DNA of 63,083 bases, counting the filler, from Platydemus manokwari (lineage: Eukaryota): assembly GCA_037951405.1 (NCBI GenBank). It is 5 parts of 5 records of this genome, joined end to end, with 100 filler letters (N's around TTAATTAATTAA, not from the genome) between each part and the next. Parts side by side here need not be neighbours in the genome. Positions count along the whole stretch, not along the records: positions 51,328 to 63,083 come from JBBMOY010482220.1; 4 more parts are not named here. One strand, 5' to 3'. The notes beneath the pieces are model-generated. The model had not been told where the DNA came from and ran no database searches. It was given only the letters and a program-made list of their open reading frames with translations. The position numbers were made by a program, and so were the translations under genes. Positions 54,301-63,083 of this stretch are shown here, piece after piece (within the stretch, counting starts at the first letter, position 1; every line of letters begins with the position of its first letter).

Positions 54301-55329
54301 CAAAAATCCTCACATCTGATACGATTTTATTATTAGAGCCAAATAGAAAATGAAATGATGGGGAATTGATTATAAAACAGATCATTTGCCATCGTTATTA
54401 TTTTATGAGAAATAATTAAGGTTAATAAAATGGGAAATTAATAAATTTAATCGGCCGATTTGGTGTAATTATCCCTCGCTTCTTATTAATTACAAATTGA
54501 TTAATCGAGGAAATTATATTATAATTATATTTTAATTATATTTAATACAAAGGGGGTATATTTACAGTATTTGATGGATTTTATTTTCTTGTAGCAGTTG
54601 TAGAAGGAAAGTATCGTTTGGAATTGAAATATGACGGCAAACACGCAGTAAATAAATTCCGAAAAATAAGAAAAAATAACCGAAAAAAGAGGAAAATCAT
54701 AAAATAAACGAAAAAAACAAATCCTTTTTTGTGAGTTTGTTTTGAAATACAAAAATATCCCCCAGAAAATCAATTGAAACCCTTATCAAAGTTAATCAAT
54801 CAAATCCTCTTTGTCCTCTCCTAACAAACTTGAATATCAACCCAACTTATCCCATAAATGGAAATCTATTAATCGTATTGAAAATCAATCTAAACCCATT
54901 CTCACCTTGATTTTCTCATTGACAATTGCTGGAAATAGGCTTCGTAAATCGACGGAATTTTTCGAACTGCTGAAAGCTTTGAGCTGCGTGCTGCATGGAA
55001 TGCAAATAAATCCAAAATCAAAAATCAAACTCGTTTGAAAGAAACGATTTATTTTGTGATTTGTATTTAATTTTATGTTTATCATTTCAACAAAACAAAC
55101 ATCAAGCTAATAAAAATTATCAATGACACACAGAATCATTAATGGCATCGTCCACAACAACAGCATCAACAGCACACATACCGCAGAAATCACAGATATT
55201 CATATTATTGTACTGACTAATAGAAATATTTCACAAATTTATCTTAATAAACAATCGCACAATACAATATTTATTTAATTATTTTCATAAAATATTCTTT
55301 AAACAAATATTTAATAATAATAATAATCG

Positions 55330-55780
55330 TACCAATTTATTAGACAAGTCAAATCCAAAGCCAATTCTAAATTTGTAACTTCATTCATTATCAAGCCAAA
55401 CTGATCTTTTATCTACATCAAACATATCATTTAAATCCAAATCAATATTTAGCTGGTACTTGAGTAACTAAATATCGAATCGTTAATAAAGAATTCGCCA
55501 AAGCAACATCGATATTCATTGGATATACTTTAATATTTAAGTAAAGATCCGCCGTTGCCAGATACAATCTCAAATGACACCATTGTAATTTTTGACAAAG
55601 AAAATTTCGATTGTGAATAAATTTCCGATGTTTTTCTTCTATTTGCAATCCAAAACATGTCCAATCATAATCCTCGGTTAAAACTTTTTTGATAATATCC
55701 TGAAATATGATTTTCATGGTGAAAATATAAACACTCTTTGCAATCGTTTTCTCACATTGACAGTATCTGTTAGAAGACAT
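55330..55780 (-). pseudogene. Unidentified coding-like ORF continuing past in-frame TGA stops
   Basis: A 112-aa ORF with protein-like composition; the same frame continues LDLNDMFDVDKRSVWLDNE*SYKFRIGFGFDLSNKLV. Confidence 0.35.
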
Positions 55781-56559
55781 TTTATTTTAACATAACCAAT
55801 TAATGTATTGATGCCAACTATATCAAAATCAGTCATCTAAAAATACTATTATAATTTTGAATAAAGACTTTAATTTATAAAAAAATTTTAGTCAATTTTA
55901 ATTAAAATTGTACAAAATAATTTCAAATTAATTTATTTTAGTTGGGAATAAATAAACAAACACGTTTCATTGAATCTAAATTAACATTTTACTTTTGTCA
56001 ATTCTGTTTGTTTATGATTTTCAATAAAATTAAAAATTTATTTAAAAGATACATTTTTTTAGTAATGCCAAATTCACAAGTAAATTAGTGCTAAAAACTA
56101 AAAAAAACTTATTATTATCAAAGTTTAAAATTTCCGTTTTTTGCTCCAAAGTTTTAATAGATTATTTTTAGCCAAGGAATAAAAGACTATAACTCCTAAA
56201 CTATTATTATTAACCTGAAACTTTTGTATAAATACAAATTAAAATATTAATTGATTAAAATTATTTAAAATGTTATGTGGTTTTAAATAAAATAATCCGA
56301 TGTTAATTTTTAGAGGATTTGCTATAGAGATTGCAGACACGAAAACTAATACCATTATTAAGTATTTGTATTAGTTTGTGCAATAATGTAAATACGACGA
56401 GAAATACGACACGGTAAATAAATTCCTTGGCTCTTCCATCCGTCATCAGACAAAACTTGCTTCTCGAAAAATCAGGAAGATTAAAATTTACTGTGAATTC
56501 AATTATCATAATGATCATATCCAACTAATAGTTTTTGTCTTACCTTACAACACATACTT

Positions 56560-57680
56560 TTTCTCAGAAGATGGCCGTGGTAGATTTTCAGATATTTTAC
56601 ACGATTCGGTATCCTTGTCCTTCTTCAACCATTGGTCCACAATGAAAAAACAAGGTTAGCTGGTCTGTGTCATCTATCTTATAAGCCATTAAAGAACTTC
56701 CGTCTAACACCGGAAGTTTGAATAGACAGCCACCAAGCGCATAACAACCTCGTACTGCTCAATTATACTCCTTACTTTACCAAGGCAAACAAATCAACAC
56801 TCTGCCGGTGCTGCAACATAAAACAAAAGATTGATGATAATATTTTTATCCACTGCCAGGCTGTTCCTAAACTAGCTTCGAAAATTTAGGTGATAATCTT
56901 AGATCATTTAGGAAATTATCTGCAGTCACTAGGCTTGGACATGGACAACGATAGAACACCTCCGTAATCTGTGAGTCTTGGTGATCAGAACTTGGTGGTC
57001 AGAAAGAAAAATAAACATCAAGCCTACATCTTCGACCTCAAAATTTCTTTTGATAAGAGCAACAACTTCCAGCATAATCGACCCCACAAACACGAGAACT
57101 ACAGAACCATTGCCAAAGACATCTGCAGGAAAATGAGACTGTAAACTCACCTCGATGTTATCTGCAAATCACGTTTATCTCGGAGTTCCTTATAACGGCA
57201 TTGCTAAGAGATGACTGCGTGACTTATAAGGCAAACCAAAGAAAACCAAAGAATGTCTGTTGGGATAGAGTACTAGCTCTCCAGAACTGGCCAACCAAAA
57301 CAGCAAGTGTATAATAGAGCAACTCGGCAATGTTGCAAAGCAAATGAGAAGACTTCAAATAAAGAAATCTTGAATCAGAATATCAGAAACGTCGATCTTA
57401 ATAATTCAATTTAAAAGTCGACAAGAGGACTTGTGCTACCCCGTCAGGAAGACTAGTATGTTTATGTATAATACATCTTAATATTCTATTAATTTAGTCA
57501 ATGTAATGACCGGGCATTAGGTGAACTTGGGCTAACACCCTAATCATAATCGGACTTAACCACACTTTGAATCATTACAACAGTCAAAGGGTATTTTCAC
57601 ATGTATCCCCCACATATTACGGGAAAGCCCTTTGACTTTCTGATTTTGCCTGATCCTTTGGACTGTAAACAATAAAGACT
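56560..57680 (+). mobile_element. 3' fragment of an R2/NeSL-type (RLE) non-LTR retrotransposon
   Basis: TLCRCCNIKQKIDDNIFIHC (decayed CCHC, from ~56800), then QNLVVRKKNKHQAYIFDLKISFDKSNNF...KHENYRTIA (restriction-like endonuclease); a 3'UTR-like tail carries a hairpin and AATAAA at 57671. Confidence 0.75.
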
Positions 57681-58179
57681 AGTAACTGTCTACTGTAATA
57701 GTGTATGGTCTTTTCTTAAATTTTTAGTCTTTTTTTGTTTATCTGACTTTTCTCTTTTCTTCTTCTCTTACTGATAAAAATTTCGCACTGGTAACACACA
57801 TGCATGTACATAGACATGTATACAAATGCAGCCCCACTGGTTTGTCTCTAGTTCAACTTACGTTTAAATACTGGATTTCTCATTAGGGTTAAGAAGTATG
57901 GGAAATGTTGGACTGGATTGAGATCTAGTTAAATATCACAGTGCATATAATTCATAGGGTTGTACTTTTGGTTTTTTATATTTCATTAATTTTCATTAAC
58001 TTAGTAGAACAGGTGTAGTGTTGTACACTGGCTTTTATATTTTGCGGTCGCAATCGCTTTTTAAAAAAATATTATTATTTATAAGCTCATGGGTGCACCA
58101 TACAATGAATAAATGAATATAAACATATAAATAATGCGTAATAATAATTTAAAAACAAATACAGGCAGAAAAAATTATG

Positions 58180-58900
58180 ACTAATAAAAATGATTAATCC
58201 ACGTTACCACGATAATACCATAGAAACCCAATTTTAAATTCAAAAACATTTAAATCATCATGGTAACCTAAGGATAACCAGTAGAAAAATCATAAAAATT
58301 CAAAATTAATCATCACATCCACGAAAGAGAAACTATAAAAGCAGGCATAACGAATCACGAATTACAGCACAAAATTTTCGTACAAGAGTTACGGCACTAA
58401 GTGAACCGCATGAGTTCATCTCGGACAAAAAGGCACTATTTTATCACGCACGTTTGCGTACAAGTACTCGGACGCAGATCGTCACTCAAATAATTCTCAT
58501 TCAATTGGGACAGGGAAATCTCTAGGGATTAATTTTCATAATATTTAACATGGAATTATTTTCAATTAAGATAGCAAATATTGTTCTCATTAGCATATTT
58601 TTGCATCAATCTCCAACAGGAGATTCGTTATAAATTATTAATCAATTCAACCCACAAAGTCTTTCCAATTTTGTCGGGTAATTAAAATCAAACAGTTCTT
58701 CAGTTTTCATTCGTAGTATAGTGTCATTAGTTCTCTACGGCGATTTTCATATCTCCAGAGCACCATAGCTTGCTATCTTTTAAAATATTGCATCAGATAT
58801 TTGATAATTGTTATTATAGTATATTTTACTATTATCAGACTCGTTATTGTTATCGTTATTTTATTACAGTTATTACACACAACCTTTAATCTGTTAAGGA
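58180..58900 (-). repeat. Repeat family C copy, inverted
   Basis: Reverse-complement match to 46040-46760, including X-box-like motifs at 58203-58279. Confidence 0.8.
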
Positions 58901-60153
58901 GTCAGATTTAATATTTGATAATTATAAAAAAATTTTAAAATTTGTATTGTTGGTTGGCAAGTTAAGATTCCAAAAACTTAACTTACATTAATAAGACATT
59001 TAGAATTCCTGAAAATTGTTTCAGTAATCACAATTTTCTTCATTGATGATATTGTAGTCTTCTCCATTGAGTTCAAAATTTTTCTCCACTTCTCTTGCCA
59101 TTAATCAGGAGTTTTTCGGTAAGCTTTTATATGTTCGATAATAAAAAAACCATACGTCGGTAAAATATTATGATAATAATTCGCATCGCAAATTATATAT
59201 AGACCTTATGGTATTGGATTGAAAACGTCCATCACTCGATGTCGGGTTCTTCCTCGATGTCACCTTGCTAATCTTCATGGCCATTATTCATTTTGAGAAC
59301 TCTCAACCTTTGTTGTACTTCTCTTCCTGATGTGGAATCCATACCGGAGGAAACTTGGTTGTTGGATGAGATCCAATGGTAATTCTATTGATTCACTTAT
59401 AGCTGAACCCTGAGTATCATGACTGGGTATTTTCTTATTGTATTCCATAGGCTGGGTATATCGACAATGAAGATGTAAAGTTCAACCTTTCAGTCATATT
59501 GAGCTTTCTTTATTGATTTTTACTTTCATCATATTTTGCAGAACTTTTGTCAATTATTCTTTTCATTAATTTGGACTCGTCAATTTTAGATTTGATATCA
59601 ATTTTGAAGATATTCATTGACAATTTTAAATTTTTCTTCTTGTGGATTCGGTAGTAGTCAATTTTGATAATATCCTCGGAGATAATACCCATTGTTTTGA
59701 TATAGAACAATAAAATTTATGGGAAAGTACTTAATGAATGCATGCGTTTGGCGTTCGATATGATATATTAGAAAAAATTGTTACGCTATTGATATAACTC
59801 TTGAATTAAATTTAAGCGAATTTCATAACTTTATATTTCATGGAAGAATTCGACTAAAATAATAAAAATACATTAAAGATTTCTTGAATATTTACAGTTT
59901 GATTGTAAATTCTCTTTTGCTACAAAAGTTCTTATTGTGACTTCATATTGTATATTTTCATTTATACTAATATTGAGCAAGAGCAGAATGTTGACCACAA
60001 ATTTCGACAAATAACTGAATAAACCAACCAGCTGTGGCATTCTTATAGTTAAATTAGATTTATTAAAATTCACTGCTATAAAATGGTCAAAGTTTTTCTC
60101 CTGGAACAATGAAAGAAGTAAACATTTACTGACTACATAAAATTTCGATTTTA

Positions 60154-61002
60154 TTAATTATAACAAGCAACCTCCATCGATTTCAATTGGGTGAAGTCCG
60201 TAAATTTGACATTGGAATCTTGAAAAATTATACTTTCTCTTAAGGAATCCGGTAAACTGTTTTTACACTTCAAAACAGCATCTCTATTAGGCCCATCTAT
60301 AATTAAAATTTTTACAATTGTTCCCCGGTAGAGAAAAGTTTCAATGCTAATTTTTATTTGGCATTGAGTCATTCTTTCGATAACCAACAGAGTCCTATAT
60401 TTGACAAGCTTTGCTATTTTCGTCCAACCATCTTTCGAATCTTGTGGAATTAACATTATCAATCGTAATTGACCACTAGATTTTGGTCTACAAAAACCCA
60501 ATTGATGATTGGCAATTATCTTTGATTGGGAAAAGTTCAATGCCTCATGGTTTTGTAGTTGATCAATGATTTTTTCCGGTCGACAGAATTGTGGTAAAAT
60601 GCCTTGTTCTATTTTCAATACGAAGAAATCGTCAGCGGGTAATTCGTTTTCAAAATTTGATAACACCGACGAGTTTTTAATGATAGAGTTATTATTAGAT
60701 GAATTCTCTACTCCTGAATACTTATTCAAACCTTTGTCATGCATTTGAGAAATGGATGAAAAAACTTCACTATTATTGGGTTTTACTGAATAAATATTAT
60801 CGGTAATTAAGTCAGAAAACGTTGAAGATTTCGTCGAGATAGTGTCAATGGAAAAAGTTTTGCAAATATTTGAATATTCTGACGATATCGTAATCGGATC
60901 TGGATCAAATTGAAAAGTTTTATTCAATTGATAAAGACTTTCTCCAATAATATCTGGAGGCGAACTATTTCCTTCATTATTATTGATAAAACAATTCCCC
61001 AT
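60154..61002 (-). CDS. 282-aa single-exon protein with an MGNC acylation motif, a Ser/Asn-rich linker and a C-terminal KH-like domain
   Basis: Long ORF in AT-rich DNA. The C-terminal LIMLIP...LVIERMTQCQIKIS...ILIIDGPNRDAVLKCKNSL pattern resembles a type I KH domain but lacks GxxG. Confidence 0.75.
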   Translation of the reverse strand: MGNCFINNNEGNSSPPDIIGESLYQLNKTFQFDPDPITISSEYSNICKTFSIDTISTKSSTFSDLITDNIYSVKPNNSEVFSSISQMHDKGLNKYSGVENSSNNNSIIKNSSVLSNFENELPADDFFVLKIEQGILPQFCRPEKIIDQLQNHEALNFSQSKIIANHQLGFCRPKSSGQLRLIMLIPQDSKDGWTKIAKLVKYRTLLVIERMTQCQIKISIETFLYRGTIVKILIIDGPNRDAVLKCKNSLPDSLRESIIFQDSNVKFTDFTQLKSMEVACYN

Positions 61003-61411
61003 CGATAACTTATCAATGGATATAATTTATTATAAAATTTTATTACTTATTGTTTTTATTTATTTTTGTTAACGTCGCTTAAAAACCTTTCTGTTTTTCG
61101 AAAATTCCTGGTAGTCCACGACAACAATGTTGTAATATATAGTTGCTAAATATTTGAACAGAAATTTTCCAAATTTTTCATTCTCTTATGTACGCACAAC
61201 GACTTACCTTGTAAAGTAATTCCATCGGTTAATAAAGTACATGTGCAGCATACATTTCGTTTACAAGCTTGTATTGACAGTTGAATTGAACAGGCGATCG
61301 ATGATCGCACTACATATTGGGAGTGTGCGAATGCGAGATCTACTGGTTCTTGTTTTCTATGTATAAATATATTTGAGGGAAAAATAAAAATCATATACCT
61401 GAATTTCATCA

Positions 61412-62375
61412 ATGTCTACTGCTTTTGATATAGCAAGTTGTGAGGATGAAGATCTGTTGGCTCAAATGGTGAGTCGTTTATGATCAAGATCATACAAATT
61501 ATCAACTAATTATTCAGATCTCGAAAACTGATGATATTAATCTGAGAAAAGAAATCAGGGCCAGACAGAAAGAGCTCAGGGAAATAGCTGCTTGTAAGTG
61601 ATCGATAATGAAATGGAAATATTTATATGATTCTTTTACATTGTCGTATAGCTAAAGTTGCTGAACGACAAAAACAAAGAGAAACAATCGGCACTAATCT
61701 CGACAGTGTAAAAACCCGTAGTTTACAAGCAGAAGAGGAAAAACAGAAGAAAATGAAAGCATATCAAGAACAAAGCAAATTAACGATAGGAGCTGCCAGC
61801 AGTGTTGATCCGGTAAAGGCTCAGAAGGAGCGAGCAGAACTGGAAAAAGCGGCCCAATTGAGACAATTTGATGAAATGGTATTGGATTAGATTATAAAAA
61901 ACCAAATAGTCAGATTGATTTCTGAAATCTTCTTTTCTTTTCTTTACAGGCAAAGAGTGGAGGAGCAGCTTCGTATCAAGGAGGTATTGAGAAAATTAAT
62001 CAACTCGAAGCACACCATAAGGAATTGGAAAAGGAAAGATTGATGAAACAATTCGACGATATGCAGAAAAACTATTCAAAAATCGGTTGATAATGATAAT
62101 AATATTAATAAAATTATAAATCCTGCATGTTGGTTGGTATGTATAAATTTAATATACATATGCATATATATAAATTACTTGTAATAATATTATCGAACTG
62201 TTGATTGATTGATTGTAGAGATTATTATATTAATTCTCTAATAACCATTAATTGAGGGCGTTGTAACTAACCTTTAGCTACTTCAAAATCAACTCAACCA
62301 ACTCCAAAAAAACCAATGAATGTTTTCAAAGCAATGGATAAAACCGCCAACCCAACTGGTGCAAAGTCGAAGTAA
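61412..62375 (+). CDS. Smoothelin-like protein (5' exons; possibly 3'-incomplete)
   Basis: Exons 61412-61468, 61518-61593, 61652-61878, 61950-62085 and 62278-~62371 splice in frame. The N-terminus DIASCEDEDLLAQMISKTDDINLRKEIRARQKELRE matches the smoothelin motif (DExxLxxML..TTDFEERxxIRAxxRELR) and is followed by coiled-coil repeats. Confidence 0.8.
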
Positions 62376-63083
62376 ATTTTAAAACCTATTTTTTTGTTTT
62401 TGTTTTGTTTTGTCAAACAAATATCAGGTGCTTTGGAATTGGTTTTTTAACAGGATGATATCAATTATGATAACTAATAGGTTTTTTTTAAAAAAAACAA
62501 ATTCTAGTACAACCCCCTCAGTTTTTTAATTGTTGGTGTGCTCGATTTTTTGAGTTTCTTTTGTGGAATGTTGCATGGAATCTTTTGGTTTTCAATCATT
62601 TGCAAATGATTGTCTTCTAAATGTCGATGGAAAATAAATAATAAAATCCGCCTACGTTTTGATTCTTTACTAATTCCAAATCACCTGATTAATTTTTATT
62701 TTATTTTTTTTTATTTAATAATATTTTCTTTTTAAGAATTTTAATTGTAAATTTTAAATAAAAAAGGAGAAATTAATATAAATAAATTCTTATACGAAAA
62801 TAAATAAATAAAATTGTTAACAAATTAATCCCACAAGATCTTAATTATATGCAATATATCTTGTAATTATTTACTGGCATCGTAGTCTATTATTGGGATA
62901 AATAACGAACATATAATTAATTTAGACGTTTTAGAAAAAATTCTTGTTAATTACGTGCCGGAAAATAATTATCTGATAAAAATTATCGAAAATTTTATTC
63001 AATATAATTCACAGACTCTATAAAATTTGCCTGGAACAAGCTAGTATTCACATTAAATTTTATGCAACCAATGAAAAAGAAAA

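Noticed and set aside
11741-55444. Stop-codon reassignment suggested by in-frame TAA/TGA in several gene-like regions
   Set aside because: The intact genes terminate at TGA (SLC6, kinase, UGDH) or TAA (KH-like) and have no internal stops, and the lectin locus also carries a frameshift.
569-59710. Most 60-100 aa ORFs in the supplied track
   Set aside because: They are I/F/L/K/N-rich chance ORFs of AT-rich DNA, antisense or alternate frames of real genes (e.g. 17084, 17246, 60566), or pieces of TE relics.
1-63083. tRNA, rRNA, snRNA or SL RNA genes
   Set aside because: None were recognised by eye; a tRNAscan-SE/Infernal run would be needed to exclude divergent ones.

Overview
This is very AT-rich eukaryotic DNA, not prokaryotic. 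It consists of five contigs (1-10055, 10156-20809, 20910-38821, 38922-51227, 51328-63083) joined by four identical artificial 100-bp spacers (44N-TTAATTAATTAA-44N). Short GT-AG introns (many 42-58 nt) and the gene content suggest a compact-intron invertebrate animal, plausibly a spiralian such as the orthonectid Intoshia; this is inference only. Intact-looking genes are an intronless SLC6 transporter, a 7-exon STE11/MAP3K-type kinase with N-terminal ubiquitin-like domain(s), the last exon of UDP-glucose 6-dehydrogenase, an MGNC-starting protein with a degenerate KH-like domain, and a divergently transcribed smoothelin-like gene. Disrupted genes are an F-type lectin + PAN/apple gene and a neprilysin(M13)-like fragment. 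Most of the rest is decayed mobile DNA: mariner, pogo-like and hAT elements, Ty3/gypsy relics, several dispersed LTR-like repeat families, a Polinton-type packaging ATPase relic, and fragments of an R2/NeSL-type non-LTR element. The best novelty candidates are the UBL-kinase fusion, a relic with tandem Ulp1-like proteases, and an RFX X-box cluster carried by a repeat. All domain calls come from manual translation and motif recognition; no searches were run.
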